A stretch of DNA of 64,000 nt, taken from assembly GCA_017547655.1 (NCBI GenBank), contig JAFYPF010000022.1:21920-85919 (forward strand), read 5' to 3'. How positions within the stretch are numbered: the first letter of the stretch is position 1; every line of letters starts with the position of its first letter. Source of the stretch: Clostridia bacterium. GTDB lineage: Bacteria; Bacillota; Clostridia; Oscillospirales; CAG-272. This document shows positions 29,128 through 39,061 of this stretch, in pieces. A program made the position numbers and the translations under genes. The notes below the pieces were generated by a model. It did no database searches. It was not told the origin of the DNA and saw only the letters and a program-made list of their open reading frames with translations.

Positions 29128-30455
29128 TATTTCGTCTCTCCTATCAAATCGTAATCAAGAACCTCGGTTATCTTAACGTTGTATATCTTTCCCTCGGGAA
29201 GTCTTTTCGAACAAGTGAAATATACCTTGCCGTCAATCTCGGGGGCGTCTGCTTCCGTTCTGCCGTAGTGTGCGCCCGATACGGGATCGTAGCCCTCGCA
29301 AAGCACCTTTACTATCTTTCCGACTTTTGCTTCGTTGTTTGCGGCGTTGATGTCATACTGCATATCCATTATGATATCGCATCTGTCCTGTTTCGTCTGC
29401 TCGTCTATCTGGTCGTCAAAATCGTAAGCGGGCGTACCCTCTTCACGGGAATATGTAAATGCGCCGAGACGTTCGAATTTTGTTTCTTTCAGATATTCAC
29501 AAAGCTCGGTAAAGTCTTCTTCGGTTTCGCCGGGGAAGCCTGTTATAACCGTTGTACGGAGAGTAATGTCGGGAACAGCCTTGCGGAGTCTGTCAACGGC
29601 ACTCTTTATAACCTCGGGACCGCCGTGACGGTTCATTCTCTTCAAAACGCTTTCCGAAATATGCTGAATAGGCATATCAATATACTTAAGAACACGGTCA
29701 TTGTTCTTTATCTCTTCAACAAGCTCGTCTGTTATCTTGTCGGGATAACAATAAAGAAGTCTTATCCAAGGAATAGACGTTTCCGCAGTTATTTTGCGAA
29801 TAAGCTCTGCAAGCTTATATTCACCGTAAAGGTCAACGCCGTATCTTGTAGTGTCCTGCGCAACAAGAGTAAGCTCGAGAACTCCGAGGGATTCGAGAAA
29901 TTTTGCCTCGTCTACAAGCTCTTCCATAGTTCTGCTTCTGAATTTACCTCTGATTCCGGGAATAGCGCAGTAAGCGCACCTGTTGTCGCAACCCTCGGCA
30001 ATTTTTAAGTATGCCATATATTCGGGAGTCGTAACAACTCTGTCGCCGCCAATCTCATAGTTATCAATATCGCCGTACTTTTCAAAAGATTTACCCTTTT
30101 CAACAGCCTTAACGGCATCGACTATATCGTGTATTGCCGCAACGCCGATAACAGCATCGCATTCGGGTAATTCTTTTTTTAGTTCGCCGCGGTATCTTTC
30201 GGAAAGACAGCCCGTAACAATAAGCCCCTTGCATTTCGCGTTGGTCTTAAGCCACGCGGCGTCAAGTATACTGTCAATAGATTCCTGCTTTGCGCTTTGG
30301 GTAAATGCGCAGGTATTGATTATGATTATGTCTGCCTCGGTTTCTTCGGGAGTAATCTCATATCCCGCCATATAAAGCTCATTTAACATTATTTCGGTGT
30401 CAATAAGATTCTTCGGGCAACCAAGAGAAACAAATCCAACTTTAGTCTTCTTCAT
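29127..30455 (-). CDS. rimO: Ribosomal protein S12 methylthiotransferase RimO
   Basis: It has an N-terminal MTTase domain (GCPKN), the radical-SAM motif CDNRCAYC and a C-terminal TRAM domain. The start is taken at MKKTKVGF; the ORF opens at 30482. Confidence 0.88.
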   Translation of the reverse strand: MKKTKVGFVSLGCPKNLIDTEIMLNELYMAGYEITPEETEADIIIINTCAFTQSAKQESIDSILDAAWLKTNAKCKGLIVTGCLSERYRGELKKELPECDAVIGVAAIHDIVDAVKAVEKGKSFEKYGDIDNYEIGGDRVVTTPEYMAYLKIAEGCDNRCAYCAIPGIRGKFRSRTMEELVDEAKFLESLGVLELTLVAQDTTRYGVDLYGEYKLAELIRKITAETSIPWIRLLYCYPDKITDELVEEIKNNDRVLKYIDMPIQHISESVLKRMNRHGGPEVIKSAVDRLRKAVPDITLRTTVITGFPGETEEDFTELCEYLKETKFERLGAFTYSREEGTPAYDFDDQIDEQTKQDRCDIIMDMQYDINAANNEAKVGKIVKVLCEGYDPVSGAHYGRTEADAPEIDGKVYFTCSKRLPEGKIYNVKITEVLDYDLIGETK

Positions 30456-30960
30456 TTTCTTCAAGCAACCTCGTGTATGCATATTTTATCTCAACATAGC
30501 CGTAACCGTAACGTGCCAAAGCCGCAGTTACTGCTCTTGCGGTCTTGCTGTCCTTTATTTTTTCGGAAAGCTTTTTCTTGTGTACAAGCTTTAAACAGTT
30601 TTCTTTGAAATCAACGCCGGAAATACACTCGTTAAAATTCTCGCCGATAAGCTGTTTGTCAAATCCCTTTTTTTGTAATTCAAGCTTTATTCTTGCGCGG
30701 CCGTACAGCTTTTTGTCAGCCAAATATTCCGATACCGACCTCATCAGTCTTGCGTCGTTTATCAGTCCGGCTTCCTTCATCTTGTCAACTGCCGCATCAA
30801 TGGCTTCTTCGTTGAATCCCTTGCGTATAAGCTTGTCTCGGAGATTTTTTTCGGTGTTATCCGCAAATACAAGAATGTTTGTCGCCGCCGCCATAACTTC
30901 CTTTACGGAATCATCGCGAGGAATGTTTTCTTCGTATTCGCTGTATTCGATTTTTTTCAT
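30442..30960 (-). CDS. recX: RecA regulator RecX
   Basis: 172 aa of repeated helical modules, directly downstream of recA with a 3-nt gap. Confidence 0.82.
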   Translation of the reverse strand: MKKIEYSEYEENIPRDDSVKEVMAAATNILVFADNTEKNLRDKLIRKGFNEEAIDAAVDKMKEAGLINDARLMRSVSEYLADKKLYGRARIKLELQKKGFDKQLIGENFNECISGVDFKENCLKLVHKKKLSEKIKDSKTARAVTAALARYGYGYVEIKYAYTRLLEENEED

Positions 30961-30963
30961 ATT

Positions 30964-32070
30964 TTATTCGTTTTCAAGGTCGGCAACGGAAATTTCAAAA
31001 TCATCGTCAAGGTCAATAGTATCGCTTTGACCTGCATCGCCGTTCTTAAATCTTTCGAGTATTCTTTCTTCAACGGAGGCAAACAATTCGGGATTGTCTT
31101 CAAGCGCCTGACGAGCGTTATCTCTGCCTTGCGCAAGTCTGTTTCCGTCAATATAGAACCAAGCGCCGCTCTTTTCGATAATTCCCATTTCAAGACCAAC
31201 CTCAATAAGTTCGCTCGACTTGGAAATGCCCTTGCCATAAAGAATATCGAACTCTGCTGTCTTAAAGGGAGGCGCAACTTTATTTTTAACAATCTTACAC
31301 TTAACTCTGTTGCCGTAAGATTCGCTTCCGTTTTTCAATGTTTCAACACGTCTTATATCAATTCTTACCGATGCGTAATATTTAAGCGCAGTACCGCCCG
31401 ACGTAACCTCGGGGTTACCGTACATAACGCCAATCTTCATACGAAGCTGGTTAATAAATATTACAACACAGTTGGATTTAGCAATAGAACCCGAGAGCTT
31501 ACGGAGCGCCTGCGACATAAGTCTTGCCTGTCCTGCAACCTGCGCATCACCGATATCACCGTCAATTTCTTGCTGTGTTACGAGGGCTGCAACCGAGTCA
31601 ACTACAACAACGTCAACAGCGCCCGAACGTACAAGCGCATCAAGAATACCGAGAGCAGCTTCGCCGCTTTCAGGCTGTGATACCAAAAGCTCGTCAACAT
31701 CAACCCCTATATTAGCCGCATATTGAGGATCAAGTGCGTTTTCAACGTCAATGTAAGCCGCTGTTCCGCCTGTCTTCTGAACCTCTGATACAACGTGGAG
31801 CGCTAACGTGGTTTTACCCGATGCTTCAGGACCGTAAATTTCAATAATTCTGCCCTTCGGAACACCGCCTACGCCCAAAGCTAGGTCGAGAGACAATGAA
31901 CCCGTAGAAACAGCAGTAACGTTCATATTTGTGTTTTCGCCGAGCTTCATAATAGAGCCCACACCATGATCCTTTGTTATTTGAGAAAGCGCGGTTTGGA
32001 GCGCCTTTTTCTTTGCTTCCTTATCCTGAATTTGCGAAACGGTTTCCGTTTTCTTTGCTTTTGTTGCCAT
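30964..32070 (-). CDS. recA: Recombinase RecA
   Basis: It has the Walker [10 protein letters not shown] and the conserved segments [13 protein letters not shown] and [19 protein letters not shown] chose the ATG at 32070 after AAAGGA; the ORF opens with TTG at 32079. Confidence 0.97.
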   Translation of the reverse strand: MATKAKKTETVSQIQDKEAKKKALQTALSQITKDHGVGSIMKLGENTNMNVTAVSTGSLSLDLALGVGGVPKGRIIEIYGPEASGKTTLALHVVSEVQKTGGTAAYIDVENALDPQYAANIGVDVDELLVSQPESGEAALGILDALVRSGAVDVVVVDSVAALVTQQEIDGDIGDAQVAGQARLMSQALRKLSGSIAKSNCVVIFINQLRMKIGVMYGNPEVTSGGTALKYYASVRIDIRRVETLKNGSESYGNRVKCKIVKNKVAPPFKTAEFDILYGKGISKSSELIEVGLEMGIIEKSGAWFYIDGNRLAQGRDNARQALEDNPELFASVEERILERFKNGDAGQSDTIDLDDDFEISVADLENE

Positions 32071-32135
32071 AATCTTCAAATTCCTTTCGGTTTTATATAT
32101 TACGTACTATATGTCACATACTCACACATAGCACT

Positions 32136-32164
32136 ATTTTATCAAAAAATATCGTTTTTGTCAA
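32136..32164 (-). promoter_or_regulatory. recA promoter (TTGACA-17-TAAAAT)
   Basis: The minus strand reads TTGACA (32164-32159), a 17-nt spacer, then TAAAAT (32141-32136). Confidence 0.6.
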
Positions 32165-32286
32165 TCTTATATTAGTACCAAGTATAGTTTATTTACAAAA
32201 TATTATATACTTTTCGGGAGAACTGTGTTATAATAACATTTAAAGTGAAAATAATCTCCCCATATTATAAAAAGTTGAGGTAAAAA

Positions 32287-33300
32287 ATGTCAGACAAAAA
32301 TTGTCGTCTCGGAACTGTCGGCGGACAAGCAGTTATCGAAGGCGTTATGATGAAAAATAAAGATGAATTTGCATTGGCTGTACGTATGCCCGAGGGGAAT
32401 ATACGTGTTACGAAAGACGAATGTAAGAGTGTTAAAGAAAAATTTAAGTTCCTCGGTTGGCCGATAATCAGAGGTGTTGTAAATATGATTGAATCTTTGA
32501 TTCTTTCTATGAAAACACTTACAATATCCGCAGATGCATTTGGTATCGAAGAAGAGGAAACAAAGTTTGAAACTTGGCTCAAAGAAAAGTTTGGAAAGAG
32601 CTTGCTTGATTTTGTTATGGTTATAGCAATGATACTCGGTGTTGCTTTGGGCGTCGGCTTGTTTTTCTTCTTGCCGTTGTTTATTTCGTCTTCGCTTTTC
32701 GATAAGTCGGGCGAGGAAACAAAATGGTATGCGACACTTGTTGAGGGCGGTATAAAAATAGCAATATTTGTCGGCTATATTTGGCTTGTATCGTTTATGA
32801 AAGACATAAAACGAGTATTCGAATATCACGGAGCTGAACATAAAACCATATTCTGTTATGAAGCGGGCGAGGATTTAACTCCAGAAAACGTAAAAAAATA
32901 TAAAAGATTTCACCCGAGATGCGGCACAAGCTTTATATTCGTTATACTTCTTCTAAGCATATTTGTGTCGTCAATCGTATATTCTTTCCCTATAATGAAG
33001 TCGAATATAATTCTCAAGTTTGTTTCGAAAATTTTTACTTTGCCTTTGACGGTTGGTATAGGATATGAGTTTATAAGATTTGCGGGAAAACACGATAACT
33101 TTATCACGAGAATTTTGTCAGCTCCCGGTCTTTGGATGCAGAGAATTACAACAAGAGAACCTGACGAAACGCAGATAGAGGTTGCAATTGCCTCTTTGAA
33201 ATGCGCTCTTCCCGAGGAATTTCCCGAGGCTGTTGAGCTCTATAATCCCGAAAAACATCAAAAAACAGAAGCGAAAGAAAACTATAAAGGCGAAAAATGA
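32287..33300 (+). CDS. DUF1385 membrane protein (YqhQ-like, commonly paired with prmC)
   Basis: 337 aa with N-terminal GGQAVIEGVMM, the conserved EYHGAEHK motif, and TM helices. It overlaps prmC by 4 nt. Confidence 0.8.
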   Translation: MSDKNCRLGTVGGQAVIEGVMMKNKDEFALAVRMPEGNIRVTKDECKSVKEKFKFLGWPIIRGVVNMIESLILSMKTLTISADAFGIEEEETKFETWLKEKFGKSLLDFVMVIAMILGVALGVGLFFFLPLFISSSLFDKSGEETKWYATLVEGGIKIAIFVGYIWLVSFMKDIKRVFEYHGAEHKTIFCYEAGEDLTPENVKKYKRFHPRCGTSFIFVILLLSIFVSSIVYSFPIMKSNIILKFVSKIFTLPLTVGIGYEFIRFAGKHDNFITRILSAPGLWMQRITTREPDETQIEVAIASLKCALPEEFPEAVELYNPEKHQKTEAKENYKGEK

Positions 33301-34010
33301 ACGATATTGATATTTTAAAGCTGTATTTCAAGGACGAAGAACTACAGAAAGCCATAAAGAAATATGAAAACGGAACGCCTGCCGCCTATATAATAGGCGA
33401 ATGGGAGTTTTTCGGGGACAGATATTTACTTAACGAAGATTGCCTTATTCCTCGTTGTGATACCGAAAGGGTGGTCGAAAAGGTGCTGGACAAGCTGTCT
33501 GATGACGGTAGATTGCTTGACCTTTGCACAGGCTCGGGGTGTATTGCGGTATCAACCTTAAAAAGAAAGCTGAATGCAAGCGGAGTTGCCGTTGATATAT
33601 CCCCAAAAGCGATTGAAGCGGCAAAAGAAAATGCTATAATAAATTGTGTGAACGGCAGACTTGATTTTTTGTGCGCCGATATATTTGACAAGCCTTTGGG
33701 CAGAGAACGGTTTGACATAATCGTATCAAACCCGCCGTATATTCCTACAAAAGACCTCGAAACCCTTGATGAATATGTAAAAAAAGAGCCTGCTATAGCT
33801 CTTGACGGCGGTGCTGACGGTATGGATTTTTATAACTTTTTAGTTATGGAATATAAAGACAACCTAACCGAAAACGGACTGTTTGTTTTTGAAATAGGAT
33901 ATGACCAACAAGAAAAAATACAAGAAACAGCCAAAAGATATGGATTTGAATGTGTAGTAACAAATGATTATTCGGGTAATCCGAGAGTTGCTGTTCTCAA
34001 AAAAATATAA
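33297..34010 (+). CDS. prmC: Release factor glutamine N5-methyltransferase PrmC/HemK (short form)
   Basis: 237 aa with the SAM motif LDLCTGSGCIA and the catalytic NPPY (VSNPPYIP). Confidence 0.85.
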   Translation: MNDIDILKLYFKDEELQKAIKKYENGTPAAYIIGEWEFFGDRYLLNEDCLIPRCDTERVVEKVLDKLSDDGRLLDLCTGSGCIAVSTLKRKLNASGVAVDISPKAIEAAKENAIINCVNGRLDFLCADIFDKPLGRERFDIIVSNPPYIPTKDLETLDEYVKKEPAIALDGGADGMDFYNFLVMEYKDNLTENGLFVFEIGYDQQEKIQETAKRYGFECVVTNDYSGNPRVAVLKKI

Positions 34011-34025
34011 CATATTGGAGAATTT

Positions 34026-35027
34026 ATGAAAAAGACTTTAAAGCTTGTAAGTTTACTGCTTGTAGGGGTAATGGTATTTACCTTTTTTACAGGTTGTTCA
34101 AACAGAAAAAAAGGGGATCCGCCCGTATGGACTGATGATAAAACCAACATTATGGTGCTTGGCGGCTACAACGTAAAGAGTGATTTTTACAAGTATTTGT
34201 TTTTGAATACGAAAACCTTTTTTGATGACGGTGATGAAGGCTATTGGCAAAAAGAAGGAAATGGCGTCAGTCAAATAACAGATTACGTTTTGAACTCATT
34301 GAAAGAAACGTACGGTATGTTTGCTCTTGCCGATGAATACGAAATTACACTTACCAAAGAAGATAAAGAATATGTAAGCGCGTATATCGAGGAAAGCAAA
34401 CAGGGTATGACAAACGAAGAGTATATAGCTTCGCTCGAAAAATCATTTTTAACCGAAGACGTTTACCGATTTGTTCTCGAGGTTCAACAGCTTGAATATC
34501 TTGTTTATGAGCATTTAATGTCCGAATCCTCGGGTATTATTAACGTTGATGACGCGACTCTTGAAAAAGCGCTTGATGAAGAGTTTGTAAGAGCAACGCA
34601 TATTCTGTTTACTTACGAAAACGAAGAAGAACGTAAAGCGCAGCTCGAAAAAGCCAATCAGATTCTTGAAAAGCTGAAAAACGGAGAGGACTTTGAAACC
34701 TTAAAAGAGGAATATTCCGCTGATACAGACCTTAAGGGGAACAAGGACGGATATTACTTCACTCACGGCGAATTTAAAAACGAGTTCGAATATACGGCAT
34801 TTGACCTTGAAGTAGGAGAAATAAGCGAGGTAATAACTACCGACGTCGGTTATCATATAGTAAAAAGGCTTCCTATCGAAGATGATTACGTAAACGAATA
34901 TTTTGAAGAATTACGTACTCAATACAAAACGGCGCTCTATTACAAAAAAGTGGAGGAGAAATACGAGCAGTTTACTTTTGAATATGAAGAAGATTATAAG
35001 AGTATTCAGCTTGACACGTTTAACTGA
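34026..35027 (+). CDS. PrsA-like peptidylprolyl isomerase lipoprotein (parvulin domain)
   Basis: It has a lipobox (FFTGCS) and a PPIC-type rotamase region (ATHILFTYENEEE...DGYYFTHGEF...GYHIVKR). Confidence 0.75.
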   Translation: MKKTLKLVSLLLVGVMVFTFFTGCSNRKKGDPPVWTDDKTNIMVLGGYNVKSDFYKYLFLNTKTFFDDGDEGYWQKEGNGVSQITDYVLNSLKETYGMFALADEYEITLTKEDKEYVSAYIEESKQGMTNEEYIASLEKSFLTEDVYRFVLEVQQLEYLVYEHLMSESSGIINVDDATLEKALDEEFVRATHILFTYENEEERKAQLEKANQILEKLKNGEDFETLKEEYSADTDLKGNKDGYYFTHGEFKNEFEYTAFDLEVGEISEVITTDVGYHIVKRLPIEDDYVNEYFEELRTQYKTALYYKKVEEKYEQFTFEYEEDYKSIQLDTFN

Positions 35028-35032
35028 CTTTT

Positions 35033-35950
35033 ATGAGTGAACTTATCAAAGGAACGATTATAAAAGGGCTCGGCGGCCTTTATGACATAAAGACCGAACG
35101 GGGCGAAGTAATAAGCTGTAAGGCGAAGGGGGCTTTCAGACACGAAAAAGTAACGCCCTATGCAGGTGATAACGTTGTTTTAAAGCAGTCGGATAAAGGC
35201 GTTGTGGTCGAGGAGATTGTTGACAGAAAAAACTATCTTATAAGACCGCCCGTAGCTAATCTTGATATTTTGTTTACGGTTATTGCCGCCGCCAAGCCGT
35301 CTCCTATGCTTCCGATAACGGACAAGCTTATTTCTATTGCCGAGTACAATAAAATAGAACCCGTTATTATTGTAAGTAAAAGTGACCTCGATGAAAATGA
35401 AGCCGAGAAAATTGCCGATATTTACAGAAAAAGCGGTTTTACGGTTTTTGTATCGAGTCTCAACAGCAATAAAGACGAGCTTACCGAGTTTGTAAAGAAA
35501 CACGCAAACGGCAAAATTTCTGCATTTGCAGGAGCGTCGGGGGTAGGGAAATCTACCGTTATGAACGCCCTCTTCCCCAAGCTCACACTCGAAACGGGGG
35601 ACGTGAGCCGTAAAACCGAACGAGGAAAACACACTACAAGACACGTTGAATTGTTTGGGCTTGATTATCTTACCGGTGATGGTGCATTAACGGGCTATAT
35701 TGCTGATACACCGGGATTCAGCCTTATTGATTTTACAAGATTTGATTTTTACAAAAAAGATGATTTGGTATATACATTCAGAGAGTTTGAGGATTATCTC
35801 GGAACGTGCAAATATACAAAATGTTCTCATACAACCGAATACGGTTGCAAGATTATTGAAGCTGTAAACGAGGGGAAAATAGCAAAACAAAGACATGAAA
35901 GCTACATAGAAATCTACAACACTCTGAAAAACAAACACGATTGGGATTAA
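35033..35950 (+). CDS. rsgA: Ribosome small subunit-dependent GTPase RsgA
   Basis: It is a circularly permuted GTPase (SKSDL then GASGVGKST) with the C-terminal zinc motif CKYTKCSHTTEYGC. Confidence 0.9.
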   Translation: MSELIKGTIIKGLGGLYDIKTERGEVISCKAKGAFRHEKVTPYAGDNVVLKQSDKGVVVEEIVDRKNYLIRPPVANLDILFTVIAAAKPSPMLPITDKLISIAEYNKIEPVIIVSKSDLDENEAEKIADIYRKSGFTVFVSSLNSNKDELTEFVKKHANGKISAFAGASGVGKSTVMNALFPKLTLETGDVSRKTERGKHTTRHVELFGLDYLTGDGALTGYIADTPGFSLIDFTRFDFYKKDDLVYTFREFEDYLGTCKYTKCSHTTEYGCKIIEAVNEGKIAKQRHESYIEIYNTLKNKHDWD

Positions 35951-35987
35951 AAAAACTGTGTGTGGTTTAGCCACGCACAGTTTTTTT
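35951..35987. terminator. Bidirectional terminator shared by rsgA (+) and the ddl/flavin-reductase operon (-)
   Basis: The stem is CTGTGTGTGG/CCACGCACAG, with an A-run upstream and a 7-T run downstream. Confidence 0.8.
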
Positions 35988-36052
35988 GATGTAATAAGTA
36001 AAAAGTGATAGGGAAGAAGCAGTGTGGCTTTTCGCATGGTGCAAAAAGCTTT

Positions 36053-36643
36053 TTATTTGCTTTTGTTATAATTCTTTTTGTTCTTCTTCTTTTTGACCGA
36101 AAAACCGAATGAGCCTATTTTCTTGCCGAGCTCAAAATATTCACCGTGAGCAAATGCCGCTAATTTCGCCTTTTCAAGATAAAGCTTGCCGTCGTCGCCA
36201 AGTAGGGATTCGTCAACGTTTATTGCCGTTATATCGGCTATAAACATATAGTGGGAACCGAGTTTAACCATATCGGTAACCTTACATTCAAGATTCATCG
36301 GACATTCTTCAATCAAAGGACAACCGACTGTCGAAGCTTCAGCCTTTGTGAAATTACACTTTTCAAATTTGTCTACCTTTGCTCCCGTATATATTCCGCA
36401 GTAATCGGCTTCTCTTACAAGTGAGGCGGGAGTTAGGTTTATAACAAACTCTTTTGTGTTTTTTATTATTTCAAACGAATGTCTTTGAGGTCTGACGGAA
36501 ATATACGTTTTTGGGGGATTGGAATTCAAAATTCCCGTCCAGGCAATAGTTATTATATTCGAATTCTCCATATCTCCGCACGATACCATAACGGGGGGGA
36601 CGGGAGACAAGAGTGTTCCGCCTTTCCAAACAACCTTGCTCAT
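36053..36643 (-). CDS. Flavin reductase-like (FMN-binding split-barrel) protein with a Lys-rich tail
   Basis: 196 aa with LLSPVPPVMVSCGD...NIITIAWTG, typical of the Flavin_Reduct family. It lies 3 nt downstream of ddl. Confidence 0.8.
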   Translation of the reverse strand: MSKVVWKGGTLLSPVPPVMVSCGDMENSNIITIAWTGILNSNPPKTYISVRPQRHSFEIIKNTKEFVINLTPASLVREADYCGIYTGAKVDKFEKCNFTKAEASTVGCPLIEECPMNLECKVTDMVKLGSHYMFIADITAINVDESLLGDDGKLYLEKAKLAAFAHGEYFELGKKIGSFGFSVKKKKNKKNYNKSK

Positions 36644-36646
36644 AAT

Positions 36647-37729
36647 TCAGTTTCCTTTTTTTGCTTCGAAAGCATATTTTACAAGCTCGTCAATTATTTC
36701 GCTGTAGCTGAATCCGCTTGACATAGCCATTTTGGGGTAAAGGCTGATTGAAGTAAATCCGGGAAGAGTGTTTATTTCGTTAAATACGATTTTTTCTTCT
36801 TCTCCGCACACAAAAAAGTCAACTCTTGAAAGTCCCTTGCAGTCAAGATATTGGAAAATACCCTCGGCGGTGCGCTTTAAGTTAAGCCAAGTTGACTTTC
36901 TGATGTCAGCGGGAATTTTATATGTAGACGTGCCGTTGTTGTACTTGTCGTCATAGTCATAAAAATCTGCATCGGAAATAATTTCACCGCATGTTAACGC
37001 AACTGCTTTTTCATTGCCGAGAACTGCAACCTCAACCTCTTTGCCGACTACCGCTTCTTCAATAAGAACCTTGCTGTCAAACTTAACAGCCTTTTCTAAA
37101 GCTGTCTTTAATTCATCTTCGTTTGCAGCCTTTGATACGCCGACAGACGAGCCGGAGTTTGCGGGTTTTACGAATACGGGATAGCCTAATTCCGCAACGT
37201 CTTTTTTGATAGAGTCGAATTCGTTTTCTACGTCGTTCTTTGTTATGTAAACCGTTGCGGCTACGGGAACGCCGTAATTGTTGAGGAGCATTTTTGTAAA
37301 CGCCTTATCCATACATACTGCCGATGATGCGCAACCCGGGCCGATATAAGGAACGCCGCACATATCAAGCATACCTTGTAGCTTTCCGTCTTCGGAATAT
37401 GCACCGTGCATAACGGGGAATACTACGTCAATCGCAACACGCTCAACGGTGCCGTTATTGTCTATCGCATATACGGCATGGTCGCCGTAGCTTGTGGAAA
37501 ACAGCGCCTTTTTTAAGTTTGCACTGTCGTCTTTCCAAGTGTTATCTTTAATTTTTGCATCTTCGCCATTGTAAATATACATCAGACCTTGTCTTGTGAT
37601 ACCTACTCTTACAATATCGTACTTCGTTCTGTCTGCGTTTTCGAGTACGGAGTAAGAGGATTTGAGAGATACTTCATATTCGGTAGAATTACCGCCAAAC
37701 ATAATGCAAAGAATAGTTTTTTTACTCAT
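36647..37729 (-). CDS. ddl: D-alanine--D-alanine ligase
   Basis: It has an ATP-grasp architecture with FGGNSTEYEVSLKS, GEDGKLQGMLD, PVFVKPANSGSSVG and NEINTLPGFT. I chose the ATG at 37729, 9 nt after GGAG. Confidence 0.93.
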   Translation of the reverse strand: MSKKTILCIMFGGNSTEYEVSLKSSYSVLENADRTKYDIVRVGITRQGLMYIYNGEDAKIKDNTWKDDSANLKKALFSTSYGDHAVYAIDNNGTVERVAIDVVFPVMHGAYSEDGKLQGMLDMCGVPYIGPGCASSAVCMDKAFTKMLLNNYGVPVAATVYITKNDVENEFDSIKKDVAELGYPVFVKPANSGSSVGVSKAANEDELKTALEKAVKFDSKVLIEEAVVGKEVEVAVLGNEKAVALTCGEIISDADFYDYDDKYNNGTSTYKIPADIRKSTWLNLKRTAEGIFQYLDCKGLSRVDFFVCGEEEKIVFNEINTLPGFTSISLYPKMAMSSGFSYSEIIDELVKYAFEAKKGN

Positions 37730-37927
37730 TAAAATCATCTCCGATGTTTTCTATCATACTAATATTGTATTCTATCATATTAAAAAAAGATTGTCAATAG
37801 AGCTGAAACGCGTGGGGACTACCGATAAAAATGGCTTATATAAAATCGGAGAAAATATTGATATTTCCGTCGGAGTGTGATACAATTGAAGCATAACGTT
37901 ATTATGTCTTTTCGGGAGTGATTATTT

Positions 37928-38194
37928 TTGAAAAATTGCAGTAAATATTTTAAAAATAAAGAGTGCGAATGTTTTCCTTGCCATAAGACAAACGGCGAAT
38001 TCTTTAACTGTATGTTCTGTTGTTGTCCGCTTTATGCGCTCGGCGACAAGTGCGGCGGAAACTTTGTCTATTTGGAATCAGGGGTTAAAGATTGTTCTAA
38101 CTGTACGATTCCTCATAATGAGGGCGGATATGATTACATAATGTCGAAAATGAGAGAAGTGTCCGAAATAGCTACAAAGAATCGTAGTAAATAA
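37928..38194 (+). CDS. Cysteine-rich small domain protein (function unknown)
   Basis: 88 aa, 12 of them Cys, in the pattern CECFPCHK...FNCMFCCCPLY...CGG...CSNCTIPH, which is typical of the Cys-rich small domain family. It has a TTG start 7 nt after GGGAGTG. Confidence 0.65.
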   Translation: MKNCSKYFKNKECECFPCHKTNGEFFNCMFCCCPLYALGDKCGGNFVYLESGVKDCSNCTIPHNEGGYDYIMSKMREVSEIATKNRSK

Positions 38195-38240
38195 AATAAC
38201 AGCGTACATGGTGCATAGCCTATATGCTGTTATTTTATTG
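38193..38240 (+). terminator. Terminator after the Cys-rich protein gene
   Basis: The stem is AAATAACAGC/GCTGTTATTT, followed by a T-rich tail. Confidence 0.6.
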
Positions 38241-38304
38241 TTTTGAATAACCAATCTTTTGGAAAGCTATAATTAAATAAAATATAATTATTTGGCTTGT
38301 TAGG

Positions 38305-38333
38305 TTGACAATATCCTAAAATTTGTGTATAAT
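38305..38333 (+). promoter_or_regulatory. phd-doc promoter (TTGACA-17-TATAAT)
   Basis: It has consensus hexamers at 38305-38310 and 38328-38333. Confidence 0.7.
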
Positions 38334-38363
38334 GTTGTTGTAATGTTTGTTGGAGGCGATTAA

Positions 38364-38606
38364 ATGAATATTAATACTGATCAAATCGTATCGATTTCCG
38401 AAGCGAATCAGAATTTCTCAAAAGTTGCAAGAATGACGGAACAAAACGGAGAACTGTATATTTTTAAAAACAATAAGCCCAAGTATAAACTTGTAGATAT
38501 TGAGAAAGATACAACGATTGAAATGACAGATGATGAAAAGATTGATTTCGTTGCCGCGCGTGTACTCAAACAGTATCGCCGCGCGTTTGAGGAACTTGCA
38601 AAATGA
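38364..38606 (+). CDS. Phd/YefM family antitoxin
   Basis: 80 aa. The N-terminal segment (IVSISEANQNFSKVARM...ELYIFKNNKPKYKLV) fits a Phd/YefM fold. It overlaps doc by 4 nt. Confidence 0.85.
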   Translation: MNINTDQIVSISEANQNFSKVARMTEQNGELYIFKNNKPKYKLVDIEKDTTIEMTDDEKIDFVAARVLKQYRRAFEELAK

Positions 38607-38977
38607 TTAAATTCAGTCAAGAAAAAGTTATGCTTCTCCACAAGCTTATAACCGATGAAACAGGGGGCGATCCAAATATAAGAGATACGGCACTCTTAAA
38701 TAGTGCGCTCGAATCGGCTTTTGCGACCTTTGACGGAAAAGAGCTTTATCCGACGAAAGAAGAGAAGGGGGCAAGGCTCGGATACGCTCTTATCTCGAAT
38801 CACGCTTTTGTTGACGGAAACAAACGTATAGGAATGTACGTTCTTTTGACCTTTCTTGAAACTAACGGTGTAAAAATCCGTCCTACCAACGAAGAAGTAG
38901 CGAGAGTTGGTCTTGCTGTCGCCGCAGGCGAAATGAAATACAAAGAACTGCTTCAATGGATTCTTGAAAATAAATAA
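38603..38977 (+). CDS. doc: Doc (death-on-curing) Fic-fold toxin
   Basis: 124 aa with the Doc-type Fic motif HAFVDGNKRIG. Confidence 0.88.
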   Translation: MIKFSQEKVMLLHKLITDETGGDPNIRDTALLNSALESAFATFDGKELYPTKEEKGARLGYALISNHAFVDGNKRIGMYVLLTFLETNGVKIRPTNEEVARVGLAVAAGEMKYKELLQWILENK

Positions 38978-39022
38978 TTAAAAGGCAATATCAATCCGTA
39001 ATTGGAATGATATTGCCTTTTT
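38973..39022 (+). repeat. Direct repeat copy 1 (terminator-like hairpin after doc)
   Basis: The sequence AATAATTAAAAGGCAATATCAATCCG is identical over 26 nt to 40356-40381. The hairpin AAGGCAATATC...GATATTGCCTT plus a T-run is conserved in both copies. Confidence 0.85.
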
Positions 39023-39061
39023 GAAAGTATTATGAAAGGGATATATTATTTCAATTGTTGA

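Noticed and set aside
32220-32231. GAACTGTGTTAT as a LexA (Cheo-box-like) operator for recA.
   Set aside because: It is only a half-match to CGAAC-N4-GTTCG. It lies ~55 bp beyond the recA -35 and overlaps the -10 region of the divergent DUF1385/prmC promoter. No convincing SOS box is seen around the recA promoter.
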